Below are positions 9,068 through 18,434 of a stretch of DNA of 59,392 bases, piece by piece. This DNA is from a virus. The stretch's first letter is position 1. Each line of letters starts with the position of its first letter. Below the pieces are notes generated by a model that was given only the letters and a program-made list of their open reading frames with translations, ran no database searches and was not told the origin of the DNA. The position numbers and the translations under genes were made by a program. Location: positions 1 to 59,392 of the IMG/VR virus record IMGVR_UViG_3300045988_149079; one strand, 5' to 3'.

Positions 9068-10429
9068 ATGGCAGGTGGAGTTTTCCAAAGTCAAAATAAG
9101 ATTAGACCAGGTGCTTATATAAAATTCCAAGGAGTTCCAGCACAAGATAACATTGTTGGTAGTCGTGGAGTTATAACAATGGCGGCACCAATCGGTTGGG
9201 GTCCAGAAGATGAACTAATTACTATTACAGTAAATGATTTATATAACAGTAATTTAGAGAAACTTATTGGATGCAATATTTATAATGCTAGGGCAAAACT
9301 AGTAAAAGCTGCACTAGAGAATGCTCATACTTTATTACTATATCGTGGAGATAAAGGTGGAACTAAGGCTACCGCAACATTATCAGTTGGTGAAAGCGTT
9401 AATCTAATTGTTACTGCTAAATATGCCGGTGCGATTGGTAATACCATTAGTGTTGGTGTTAAGCAAGCATATAGTGGTGGATACCAAGTTAACACTTACT
9501 TAGGTAGCACTCAAAAAGATTCACAAATAGTTTCCAATATTAGTGAATTAGTAAGTAATGACTTTGTAGATTTCAGTGGTACTGGTGTTATTGCTAAAGA
9601 TGTAGTTAATACATTACTAACTACAGGGGCAGATGGAACATTTACTACTCAAAACTATACAGAGTATTTAGCATTATTAAAAACTAAAGAATTTGATACT
9701 TTAGCAGCATATAACTTTGATGATGATGCAGAATTATTTAATGGTTCTGACATTAAAGATTTCATTCAAGAAATGAGAGAAACTAGAGGAATTAAATGTC
9801 AAGCAGTTATCAATAACTATGCGGCAGCTAATTACGAAGGTATTATTAGTACATATAACCAAGGAGTTAAGTATTCTGATGGTACTGAATTAAGTGGAGA
9901 GGAAATGGTAGTATGGGTTGCTGGTGCTACAGCAGGTGCCGATATTACAGAATCTAATACTTATAAAGTAGTTGCAAATGCCGTTGAAGTTACTGGTACC
10001 GTAATTGAAGATGACATTGAAACCTTAATTCAAACTGGATATTTAATTATTAGCCAAAGAAGAGATGGTGCAATCGTTATTGAAAAAGACATCAATACCT
10101 TAGTTAATCTTAGAGATGATGTTACTAAAGCATTCAAAGAAAATAAAGTTATTAGATTATTGGATGCAGTTGCTAATCACATTGCATTAGATTTCGAACA
10201 AAATTATATTGGTAAGGTTACTTCAGATAGTGCTGGTCTTTCATTATTCAAAGCAAGTATTATTACATACCTAACAGAGTTACAAACTAGTGGAGCAATT
10301 ATAAACTTCAATAGTTCAACAGACGTTTTGGTAGAAGCTGGAGAACAAGAAGATTCATTCTATTCTGAAATCTATATCCAACCAACATACAGTGTAGATA
10401 AACTATATATGGTTGTCAATGTTAGATAA
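9068..10429 (+). CDS. Contractile tail sheath protein (XkdK-like)
   Basis: 453 aa. The N-terminus 'MAGGVFQSQNKIRPGAYIKF' is typical of PBSX-type sheath proteins, and a tube gene follows. Confidence 0.85.
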   Translation: MAGGVFQSQNKIRPGAYIKFQGVPAQDNIVGSRGVITMAAPIGWGPEDELITITVNDLYNSNLEKLIGCNIYNARAKLVKAALENAHTLLLYRGDKGGTKATATLSVGESVNLIVTAKYAGAIGNTISVGVKQAYSGGYQVNTYLGSTQKDSQIVSNISELVSNDFVDFSGTGVIAKDVVNTLLTTGADGTFTTQNYTEYLALLKTKEFDTLAAYNFDDDAELFNGSDIKDFIQEMRETRGIKCQAVINNYAAANYEGIISTYNQGVKYSDGTELSGEEMVVWVAGATAGADITESNTYKVVANAVEVTGTVIEDDIETLIQTGYLIISQRRDGAIVIEKDINTLVNLRDDVTKAFKENKVIRLLDAVANHIALDFEQNYIGKVTSDSAGLSLFKASIITYLTELQTSGAIINFNSSTDVLVEAGEQEDSFYSEIYIQPTYSVDKLYMVVNVR

Positions 10430-10453
10430 TAAATAAGAGAGGAGATGTTGTAG

Positions 10454-10921
10454 ATGAAAACATTAAAAGCTAGTGATATTCCTGCTGGTTCAGAAGCCGT
10501 TGCCTATATTGAGGTAGATGGTAAAGTAGAGGAATTCTTCTACGCTAAAAGTATTGAAGCAACAGCCGAACTTAATAAATCAGAAGTTAAAGTAATGGGT
10601 AAAAGAGGAGTACAGAATAAGGCTACAGGATGGACTGGTTCTGGTTCCATGACAATCTATTACGTAACAACTATATTTAGAAATATGCTATTGAAATATG
10701 CAAAGGAAGGTATTTTACCAGCATTTAAGTTAGTTATTACTAACGAAGATAAAGGCACTACTATTGGTAAACAAACAGTATGCCTTTACGATTGCGTAAT
10801 TGATAGTGTTAATCTAGCAAAGTTCGATGTTGAATCAGATGCATTAGATGAAGATATGGACTTCACATTCAGTGATTTCGATATTCTAGATAGTTTTGGT
10901 AATCCAGTTTATACTGATTAG
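10454..10921 (+). CDS. Tail tube protein (XkdM-like)
   Basis: 155 aa immediately after the sheath gene. SD 'agaggag'. Confidence 0.75.
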   Translation: MKTLKASDIPAGSEAVAYIEVDGKVEEFFYAKSIEATAELNKSEVKVMGKRGVQNKATGWTGSGSMTIYYVTTIFRNMLLKYAKEGILPAFKLVITNEDKGTTIGKQTVCLYDCVIDSVNLAKFDVESDALDEDMDFTFSDFDILDSFGNPVYTD

Positions 10922-10954
10922 AAACATATATCTAAGGAATCGGATCAAAATAAA

Positions 10955-11000
10955 GAGTTTTATAGGGAAGTATATAATTATATATATTTCCCGAAAACTC
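10955..11000 (+). promoter_or_regulatory. Long imperfect stem-loop between tube and chaperone genes
   Basis: 'gagtttt' (10955-61) pairs with 'aaaactc' (10994-11000), and 'gggaa' (10965-69) with 'ttccc' (10988-92). There is no T-tract, so it may be an mRNA stability or attenuation element. Confidence 0.4.
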
Positions 11001-11044
11001 ATTAAAATGAAGCTAAAAGTTGACAATAAGAGAGGAGAATTTAT

Positions 11045-11467
11045 ATGTCATTATTACAAGATTTCTTAATTGAAAATTCAGACGTTATGTCTAAAGAAGT
11101 AGAAGTAGCCATTAGTCCTAGATTTAAAGATAAGGATGGTAACATGCTTAAGTTTAAAGTAAGACCTATGAGCGGAGATGAATTTGGAAAATACCAAAAA
11201 CAATCAACTTCTATTAAAATAAATGGAAGAAAGAAAGAAACTAGTTTTGATAGTTCAAAATTCAATATGTTATGTATTACTAATCATTGTATTGATCCAG
11301 ACTTCAGAAGTGCGGATATGCTAAAAAAATTAGGAGTACAAACACCTGAGCAAGCTATTAGTAAAGTATTATTAGCTGGGGAAATTGTTGAATTAGGAAA
11401 TCAAATCAGTAATATTTCTGGATTCGATGTAGATATTAACGATGAAATTGAACAAGCAAAAAACTAA
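11045..11467 (+). CDS. Tail assembly chaperone (XkdN / gpG-like), short form
   Basis: 140-aa ORF between the tube and tape-measure genes. SD 'agaggag'. Confidence 0.75.
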   Translation: MSLLQDFLIENSDVMSKEVEVAISPRFKDKDGNMLKFKVRPMSGDEFGKYQKQSTSIKINGRKKETSFDSSKFNMLCITNHCIDPDFRSADMLKKLGVQTPEQAISKVLLAGEIVELGNQISNISGFDVDINDEIEQAKN

Positions 11468-11655
11468 TTAAGGAAGGTGATGGCGAAACGATGTACGCAT
11501 ACTTCGCTTTCCATAAATGTCACATGAGGCCTTCCGAATTTGCCAATTTGCCGGTAAAAGAGAAGGCCTTAATTATTGCCTTTATAGATGAATATCAAGA
11601 GGAAAAAAGAAAAGAAGCTGCTAAAATAAGAAGCAGTACAAGAAAGAAAAAATAG
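11045..11655 (+). CDS. Tail assembly chaperone, -1 frameshift-extended form (gpGT-like)
   Basis: Slipping at 11458-11464 joins the chaperone to a 63-codon extension ending '...MYAYFAFHKCHMRPSEFANLPVKEKALIIAFIDEYQEEKRKEAAKIRSSTRKKK'. The extension has no SD of its own. Confidence 0.65.
11458..11464 (+). promoter_or_regulatory. Programmed -1 frameshift slippery heptamer A_AAA_AAC
   Basis: Zero frame reads gcA AAA AAC taa. The -1 frame is open from 11452 to the TAG at 11653-11655. Confidence 0.7.
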
Positions 11656-11678
11656 TTGCGTACGGATAGGAGGTAGAC

Positions 11679-14126
11679 ATGGCAACAATTAGTTCTGTAT
11701 TTAAAATGCAAGACAATGCTACCAAAACTTTTAACAATGTAGCTAGTGCTATGGATAGTGTAATAGCAAAAGCTGATCAGTTAAGTAATTCAACCTCCAA
11801 CATGGATGCTGGAATATCTAGTATTAACCCAGCCTTATCAAAAGCAGTAACTAAGTATCAAGATCTTATAAATAAGCAAGATATGATAAATGCTAAAATA
11901 GATATCATGTCAAGGCAAGAAAAGATGTTGATTCAAGATCTTAATAGAGAGAAATCAGGATATAATCAAAATGAGAAGGCTATATTAAATATAGAGAAAA
12001 GGTTATTAAATGTTCAAAATCAAAAGAGTAAGTTAATAGCTCAATCAGATAAATTAACTAATGAAATATATGAACAAGCTGGAGCTGTTAACAAGGTAGC
12101 CGATAATACTGGTAAAATAAAACCACATCAAAATAACGTTGAAGAAGGTTTCAGTAAATGGCAAACTAATGTTATAGCTATAAATCAAGCATTACAATTA
12201 ACGCAAACAATTGCTAAAGGAATTGGAAGTGTATTAAATTATGCAGATGATTTAACTTTAACTAAAGCTAGAATAGATCTAATAAATGATGGTCAAAGAA
12301 CAACGGCAGAATTACAGCAAGATATATATCAAGCAGCTCAAAGATCAAGAGGATCATATGACGATATGGCTAAGAGTGTTGCTAAGTTAGGTATGTTAGC
12401 TGGAGATGCTTTTAAGAATAATGATGAAATGATAGCCTTTACAGAATTGATGAATAAATCATTTACTGTATCAGGAGCTAGTGAATCGGAAAAAAGTGCA
12501 GCTATGTATCAGTTAACACAAGCAATGAGTTCTGGTATATTACAAGGTGATGAATTAAGATCTATTAGAGAAAATGCTCCAATGTTCTATCAAGCAATTG
12601 CAGAATATACGGGTAAATCTACAGCAGAGTTAAAGGAAATGGGAGCTAATGGAGAAATAACAGCTGATATAATGAAGAATGCTTTATTTGCAGCCGGAGA
12701 TGATATTGAAGCAAAAATGGAACAAATGCCAAAAACATTCGGTAATGCAATGACTAATATAAAGAATTCTGCAGCTTATTATTTACAACCAGTAGCAGAT
12801 AGAATATCCGAAATGCTTAATAGCGAAACTTTCCAAAATGCTCTAAATGTAATTCTAAGAGGTATTCAGTTATTTGCATCATTAGCATTAAGTGGATTTG
12901 ATGCTGTTGGAAATGCAATTCAATTCTTTAAAGATAATATGTGGTTAACAATACCAATTATAACGGCGGCAGCTGTAGTATTAACTGGATTATTAGTACC
13001 AGCATTAGCCGCATCATTAGTTGGTATATTAAAAAATATTGCAGCCTGGGCAGTAGCTCATTGGCAATTGTTATTAGTAGCCGCAGTTATTGGAATAGTT
13101 GTAGGAGCAATAATTACAATGAATCCTGTATTATTAACATTAGCTGCTATAATTGGAGTTTTAGTATTAGCTTATGCAGCTTGGCAAGTAGCTCAATGGG
13201 CAACTAATACAGCAATGTATGCTTGTCCAATAGTATGGATCATAGTATTGATCATAGCATTAGTAGCTGCTATATATCTATTCATAGATTGGATAGCTAA
13301 AGCGACAGGAACAGCAAGCTCTGGATTAGGAGTAATTGCTGGGGGAGTAAATGTAGTTATTCAATTCTTTAAGAATTTAGGTTTAATGGTTGCTAATATA
13401 GCTTTAGCAATAGGTAACGCTATTGGAGCATTGGCAAGTAATATGATGACGGCTTTTGGAAATGCTATAAAAAGTATTCAAGCTTGGTTCTGGGGATTAT
13501 TGGAAACAGGAACAAATGTAATTCTAGGTATAGTAGAAATGTTGAATAAATTACCATTCGTTGACATCGATACTAAAGGATTAACTAGTGCTGCTAAGAA
13601 ATATGCAGATAAGAAAGCTGAAGCTGAAGATTCTAAAGAAGAATATAAAGATATTTCAGAAGAATTCAATAAAGGATTAAATACTTTTGAGGCATTCGGA
13701 GATAATTGGGTAAGCGATGCGTTTAATGATGGTAAAGCCTGGGGAGATAATGCAGCAGCAAGTATTGCAGATGCAGTGGGATCTTTTGATCCAGGAGCAA
13801 TGTTAGAAGGAATATTACCAGATCAAGAACAACAAGATATGAGTGGTTATGATTATTCATCAATGTTGGATCCAAATGGTAACTTACCAGTAAGTGTTAA
13901 TGATGATAAAACAAGTAATGAAGTAGATATTTCAGATGAAGATTTGAAAATGTTGAAAGATATTGCTACAAGAGAATATATGTTGAATTACAAACAAATA
14001 ACTCCAAACGTTAATATTCAATTCGGTGACGTTAAAGAAACAGCAGATATAAATGCTATTAAAGATGAATTGGATAAAATGATGCAAGAGGAGTTAGCTG
14101 AACTTTATGTAGTGGAGGAGGCATAG
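11679..14126 (+). CDS. Tape measure protein
   Basis: 815 aa. Contains the tape-measure N-terminal motif '[23 protein letters not shown]' and a central hydrophobic helix-rich block. Confidence 0.9.
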   Translation: MATISSVFKMQDNATKTFNNVASAMDSVIAKADQLSNSTSNMDAGISSINPALSKAVTKYQDLINKQDMINAKIDIMSRQEKMLIQDLNREKSGYNQNEKAILNIEKRLLNVQNQKSKLIAQSDKLTNEIYEQAGAVNKVADNTGKIKPHQNNVEEGFSKWQTNVIAINQALQLTQTIAKGIGSVLNYADDLTLTKARIDLINDGQRTTAELQQDIYQAAQRSRGSYDDMAKSVAKLGMLAGDAFKNNDEMIAFTELMNKSFTVSGASESEKSAAMYQLTQAMSSGILQGDELRSIRENAPMFYQAIAEYTGKSTAELKEMGANGEITADIMKNALFAAGDDIEAKMEQMPKTFGNAMTNIKNSAAYYLQPVADRISEMLNSETFQNALNVILRGIQLFASLALSGFDAVGNAIQFFKDNMWLTIPIITAAAVVLTGLLVPALAASLVGILKNIAAWAVAHWQLLLVAAVIGIVVGAIITMNPVLLTLAAIIGVLVLAYAAWQVAQWATNTAMYACPIVWIIVLIIALVAAIYLFIDWIAKATGTASSGLGVIAGGVNVVIQFFKNLGLMVANIALAIGNAIGALASNMMTAFGNAIKSIQAWFWGLLETGTNVILGIVEMLNKLPFVDIDTKGLTSAAKKYADKKAEAEDSKEEYKDISEEFNKGLNTFEAFGDNWVSDAFNDGKAWGDNAAASIADAVGSFDPGAMLEGILPDQEQQDMSGYDYSSMLDPNGNLPVSVNDDKTSNEVDISDEDLKMLKDIATREYMLNYKQITPNVNIQFGDVKETADINAIKDELDKMMQEELAELYVVEEA

Positions 14127-14127
14127 T

Positions 14128-14820
14128 ATGATAAGTTTATTTGCTAAGTATAAAGAAAAACTGGTTCAATTACCAGTTAATCCAGAAGATGTAACAATAA
14201 CTGGTGGAGCAAATAATAGTACCTCTGATACTGTTGGACAAGGGGAAATAAATGATCTTGGTTTTCCAACACTAAAGGAACTAACTATTAGTTCCTTCTT
14301 CCCCAAATCCTACAATGGAGAATTATATATAAATACAGGTGGGGATTTTAGGGATCCAGACTATTATATAAAATTCTTTGAGGATATTAAAAAAGCTAGA
14401 GAACCATTTAGAGTAATTATAACGGATGTAAATGTAAATATGTTAGTTAGCATAGAGAATTTCGAATATAAATATCAATATGGTACTGATGATGTTGATT
14501 ATTCTTTAGAATTAAAAGAATATAAAGAGCATAATATAAGAGTTTTAAAACCTAGTGGAAGTGGTTATGTAACTTCAGATTCAGTGCAGCAAGTAGCATC
14601 AGCATCTGTAACTAATACAAACAGTAATAGATCAATAGAAAGATCCATTCCTAAAACATACACTGTTGTGCAAGGAGATAATCTATGGAAGATAGCTCAA
14701 AAATATCTAGGGGATGGTAGTAGATGGCAAGAGATATATACATATAATAATAATAAAAGTATAATTGGTGGAAACCCAAATCTGATATTGCCAGGAATGG
14801 AGTTATCTATACCAAGTTAG
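14128..14820 (+). CDS. LysM-domain tail protein (XkdP-like)
   Basis: C-terminal LysM '[27 protein letters not shown]...[11 protein letters not shown]'. Confidence 0.8.
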   Translation: MISLFAKYKEKLVQLPVNPEDVTITGGANNSTSDTVGQGEINDLGFPTLKELTISSFFPKSYNGELYINTGGDFRDPDYYIKFFEDIKKAREPFRVIITDVNVNMLVSIENFEYKYQYGTDDVDYSLELKEYKEHNIRVLKPSGSGYVTSDSVQQVASASVTNTNSNRSIERSIPKTYTVVQGDNLWKIAQKYLGDGSRWQEIYTYNNNKSIIGGNPNLILPGMELSIPS

Positions 14821-14833
14821 GAGGTGAACACTT

Positions 14834-15823
14834 ATGAAGTATGATCAAATAGAATTAGTTGTGCAAGATTCCGAAACAGGAAATATTTATGATCTAAGTA
14901 ATATTGCTAAATCAATATCTACATCTAAGTCTATTGATAGTTCTTCTGGTAAGTGTTCTTTTTCTATAGATACAAATGTTAATAAAATAAAAATATCAAT
15001 GGGAAGCACAGTTAGTTTAACAGTTATAGAATCGGGCAAAAAGAAGGGTAAGTTCTTCGGTTACGTTTTCTCAAATAATCCTAACAGCAATGAAAATTCT
15101 ATAACAGCATATGATCAATTACGTTATTTAAAGAATAACGAAACATATGTTTTAACTGGATCCACAATGGAAAAGGTTATAAAGCTAATTGGTAATGATT
15201 TTGGTTTAAGATTAGGGACTATAGAAGGAAGTAATTATATCTTGCCAGAAAGAATAGAAGATAATAAATCTTTAGGAGATATTATACAAAGAGCAATTGA
15301 TTTTACTTTACAAGGAACAGGTAAACAATATATTATTAGAGATGAATTTGGATACCTATGTTGTAGAGATGTTAGTAAATTAGTTACCAACTTGGTAGTA
15401 GGCGATGTTAGTTTATTAAAAAGTTATGATTATAAAGAATCGATAGATTCAGATGTTTATAACAGTGTTAAATTATATAAAGATAATGAGGATACTGGAA
15501 AAAGAGAGGTTTATATAGCATTAGATAGCAATAACATTAAAAGATGGGGTAAATTACAATTATTTCAATCTATAGATGAAAATGTTACTGATGCTCAGGC
15601 TAGAGAAAAAGCAGAGCAACTTCTTAATTTATATAATAAAATAAGCAGAACATTAACATTAAAATGTAAAGGTGTTATTGATCTAGAACCGGGTAGTGGT
15701 ATTTATTTAGAAATAAATGATATACCTGGAACAACATTTAAACAAGCAGCTCTAATTACTAAAATAGATGATACTTATGAAAACGGTATTCACAATATGG
15801 ATTTGGAGGTGAGGTTTGAATGA
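14834..15823 (+). CDS. Baseplate hub / tail protein (XkdQ-like)
   Basis: 329 aa in the position after the LysM protein in PBSX-type tail modules. Confidence 0.6.
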   Translation: MKYDQIELVVQDSETGNIYDLSNIAKSISTSKSIDSSSGKCSFSIDTNVNKIKISMGSTVSLTVIESGKKKGKFFGYVFSNNPNSNENSITAYDQLRYLKNNETYVLTGSTMEKVIKLIGNDFGLRLGTIEGSNYILPERIEDNKSLGDIIQRAIDFTLQGTGKQYIIRDEFGYLCCRDVSKLVTNLVVGDVSLLKSYDYKESIDSDVYNSVKLYKDNEDTGKREVYIALDSNNIKRWGKLQLFQSIDENVTDAQAREKAEQLLNLYNKISRTLTLKCKGVIDLEPGSGIYLEINDIPGTTFKQAALITKIDDTYENGIHNMDLEVRFE

Positions 15824-16425
15824 TAAAATATGTTAACGAAGCTATAAATAGAAAATTAAATTCTATTAGTTTTACAGATATTATAGTAGGAACAGTTCAA
15901 TCCTTAGATCCTTTACAAATAAGAATAAATAGTAAAATCGTTATAGGGCAGAGCTTCATTGAACCTATGAGTCTAGGAATAAATGACAATTCTCCTAGTT
16001 CTGCCCTACCACTTATTGTGGGAGAAAAAATTCAAATGATTAGGTACAGTAACGGGCAACGATTCTATATATTAGGGAAGAGTACTAATGCCAGTACAAT
16101 CAATTATAATGAATTACAAAATAAACCAAGATTAAATACGGCAAATAGTACTTCTCTAGCAGTTAATGAGTCAGAAGAACTAAAAGGTATTGTATCGCTT
16201 CATAAAGTGGCTAAAACTGGTAGTTATAATGATTTATTAAATAAACCGGCACCGGTTGATTTAAGTAATTACGTTACATTAAATACAGGACAAACTATTA
16301 GTGGTAAGAAAACATTTAGTACATTACCAGAAAGTTCAAAAACACCGACTACTGCTAATCAGTTAATCAATAAGAATTATGTTGATACCAATTTTCTTCA
16401 ATTCGAGGTAATTGAAGAATTTTAG
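15820..16425 (+). CDS. Baseplate spike-like protein (XkdR-like N-terminus) with fibre-repeat C-terminus
   Basis: N-terminus 'FTDIIVGTVQSLDPLQIRINSKIVI' is XkdR-like. The C-terminus has two 'Y-N-[ED]-L-x-N-K-P' motifs as seen in tail fibres. Confidence 0.55.
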   Translation: MIKYVNEAINRKLNSISFTDIIVGTVQSLDPLQIRINSKIVIGQSFIEPMSLGINDNSPSSALPLIVGEKIQMIRYSNGQRFYILGKSTNASTINYNELQNKPRLNTANSTSLAVNESEELKGIVSLHKVAKTGSYNDLLNKPAPVDLSNYVTLNTGQTISGKKTFSTLPESSKTPTTANQLINKNYVDTNFLQFEVIEEF

Positions 16426-16450
16426 TATAAATAAGAAAGGAGTGTTCAAA

Positions 16451-16561
16451 ATGAACATAAAATTAGTACGTGGGGGGGGGAACGAGTTATTTATTAAGCG
16501 TTCTACCTTCTCTAATATCTCCGAAAGGAGGTATAATAGATTAGGTGACCTAGATGGCTAA
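16451..16561 (+). CDS. 36-codon leader ORF containing a G9 tract
   Basis: SD 'aaggag' 8 nt upstream of ATG 16451, peptide MNIKLVRGGGNELF.... Its stop TAA (16559-61) overlaps the ATG 16554 of the next gene. Confidence 0.4.
   Translation: MNIKLVRGGGNELFIKRSTFSNISERRYNRLGDLDG
16472..16480 (+). repeat. Homopolymeric G9 tract
   Basis: 'tggggggggg' read directly. I noticed no other comparably long G or C run while reading this AT-rich window. Confidence 0.95.
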
Positions 16562-16997
16562 AGGTGTATATCTAAAAGATAAAGATGGAAATAAATGTTA
16601 TCCAGCACCTTATTGGCCGATAGGTTCAATTTATATTTCTGTAAATAATACTAATCCAAGTACTTACTTTGGTGGTACATGGGAGGCATTGCCACAAGAT
16701 TATTACCTTTTAACGGCACCGATAAAGCAAACAAACATAGGTAAGGGTGGCAGTTGGTATACTAATGAAACTGTATTAACTATTGACCAAATACCAGCAC
16801 ATAATCATAATATGCAGAAAAGATATGCAAAACAGGTTGATTGGAATATGGGTTATCCGGACGCTATACATTATAGTGGTGATTGGTATAATACTTATGG
16901 TGTTGTTTCAACAGCAACTGTTGGAGGTGGAAAAGGTCATAATCATAAATACCAACCTCCATACTATCAAGTATATGCTTGGAAAAGAGTATCCTAA
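16554..16997 (+). CDS. Tail-fibre-tip / collar-domain-like protein, paralog 1
   Basis: Framework 'PIGSIYIS..NP..FGGTWE' ... 'HNHN' ... 'GHNHKYQPPYYQVYAWKRV' shared with the next two ORFs. Weak SD 'aggtg'. Confidence 0.7.
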   Translation: MAKGVYLKDKDGNKCYPAPYWPIGSIYISVNNTNPSTYFGGTWEALPQDYYLLTAPIKQTNIGKGGSWYTNETVLTIDQIPAHNHNMQKRYAKQVDWNMGYPDAIHYSGDWYNTYGVVSTATVGGGKGHNHKYQPPYYQVYAWKRVS

Positions 16998-17010
16998 TCT
17001 ATAGAAATGG

Positions 17011-17538
17011 ATGAAGGCAGTATATCTAAAAGATAAAAATGGTAATAAAGTGGTAACAGTTCCTTATTATAGGGTAGGAGATTTATTTCTAACTACTATA
17101 GCAACTAATCCATCTAGTTATCTAGGTGGTACTTGGGAATTATTTGGACCAGGTAGATGTCTAGTATGTGTTGATACTTCTCAATCGGAATTTAATTCAG
17201 TAAAGAAAACTGGTGGAAGTAAATATTTACAAAGCCATTATCATTCAGTAAGTATTTATACAGATTATCAAGGAGGACATTATCACGATGGAATATACTG
17301 GGGTGGTGGGATAGCATTTACATATACTGGAGTTGGTGGTAGTGATGGCACTTTTGATTTAGCAGGACCTGGAGTTTATAACCAAAATTATAATTATGGA
17401 AGCACAAATCATCTTACCACAGGAAGTGTTGGTAATCATAGGCACTTAGTTAGTGGTAATACTGGCACAAATGGTTCCGGAAATAGTCAAAATCTACAAC
17501 CATTTATTACTTGTTATGTTTGGATAAGAATAGCTTAA
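17011..17538 (+). CDS. Tail-fibre-tip / collar-domain-like protein, paralog 2
   Basis: 'VGDLFLT..NP..LGGTWE' ... 'HYH' ... 'NHRH' ... 'NLQPFITCYVWIRI'. No recognisable SD. Starts 13 nt after the paralog 1 stop. Confidence 0.65.
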   Translation: MKAVYLKDKNGNKVVTVPYYRVGDLFLTTIATNPSSYLGGTWELFGPGRCLVCVDTSQSEFNSVKKTGGSKYLQSHYHSVSIYTDYQGGHYHDGIYWGGGIAFTYTGVGGSDGTFDLAGPGVYNQNYNYGSTNHLTTGSVGNHRHLVSGNTGTNGSGNSQNLQPFITCYVWIRIA

Positions 17539-17555
17539 TATAATGCTCATAATTT

Positions 17556-18008
17556 ATGGCAAATAAATTAGTTCAATTAAAGGATAAAAATAAAAATAAT
17601 ATTTTTTCAGTTCCCTATTTCCCAATAGGATATATATATTTGAGTACCTCAAGTATAAATCCTTCTGAAATATTTGGAGGTGTTTGGGAACCTATAAAAG
17701 ATAGATTCTTATTACTTGCCGGTGATACTTATAAAGGAGGTAGTACTGGTGGGACAAGTAATCACTCACATTCAGCCGGTTCATTGGTTGCCTGTTATGA
17801 TCCTCAAAATTATTACAATAATGCCTTATTCAGAGTCAAGAATGTGTCAGGAGGATGGACATTGTCCGGATATTTTTCAGAAAGCAGAATATGGAACTCC
17901 GGAGGTGGTGACACTGGAAGGGGTATTGAAGTTATTGGCGATACAGGAAGTAGTAATAATATGCCTCCATACCTGGTTATATACGGTTGGGTAAAAGTAA
18001 GTAATTAA
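17556..18008 (+). CDS. Tail-fibre-tip / collar-domain-like protein, paralog 3
   Basis: 'PIGYIYLS..NP..FGGVWE' ... 'NHSHS' ... 'NNMPPYLVIYGWVKV'. No SD. A 'tataat' lies at 17540-17545, 10 nt before the ATG. Confidence 0.65.
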   Translation: MANKLVQLKDKNKNNIFSVPYFPIGYIYLSTSSINPSEIFGGVWEPIKDRFLLLAGDTYKGGSTGGTSNHSHSAGSLVACYDPQNYYNNALFRVKNVSGGWTLSGYFSESRIWNSGGGDTGRGIEVIGDTGSSNNMPPYLVIYGWVKVSN

Positions 18009-18041
18009 GAATCATAAAATAATAAAGAAGGAGGTAAGAAA

Positions 18042-18434
18042 ATGTTACCTGAGATAAATATCGTTAATCAAATAGGGGATACAATGCCTAGCTACACATA
18101 TAATATAAATAGAAATACCAATCGTATTTCTGGTTACATAGACGATAAAGATGCCATTATACAAGCGATTTATTTAATACTTCAAACCGAGCGTTATGAA
18201 TCGATGATTTATAATTGGTATTATGGAGTAGAGTTCGATGGTCTAATTGGCAAAAATAAGGATTATGTTACTAGTGAATTACAAAGAGTTATTAGAGAAG
18301 CATTAACTGAAGATGATAGAATAACCGAAGTTAGTGATTTCGATATTACCTATACTGATGATAGTGCTTTAATAGTATTCTTAGTTCAAACAAACATTGG
18401 TGACATAACAATAGAATGGGAGGTGAATATTTAA
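18042..18434 (+). CDS. Baseplate protein (XkdS-like)
   Basis: 130 aa with SD 'aaggagg', immediately upstream of the baseplate J-like gene. Confidence 0.6.
   Translation: MLPEINIVNQIGDTMPSYTYNINRNTNRISGYIDDKDAIIQAIYLILQTERYESMIYNWYYGVEFDGLIGKNKDYVTSELQRVIREALTEDDRITEVSDFDITYTDDSALIVFLVQTNIGDITIEWEVNI

Noticed and set aside
16451-16997. Idea that a G9-to-G8 slip fuses the leader ORF in frame to paralog 1
   Set aside because: I translated the shifted frame. It hits TAG at 16551-16553 immediately before ATG 16554, so no fusion protein is possible. Only the coupling distance changes.
6599-17994. Nested same-strand ORFs 6599-6790, 12941-13207, 16783-17004 and 17716-17994
   Set aside because: They lie entirely inside the capsid, tape-measure and fibre-tip genes in alternative frames. 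They have no SD and no recognisable motifs.
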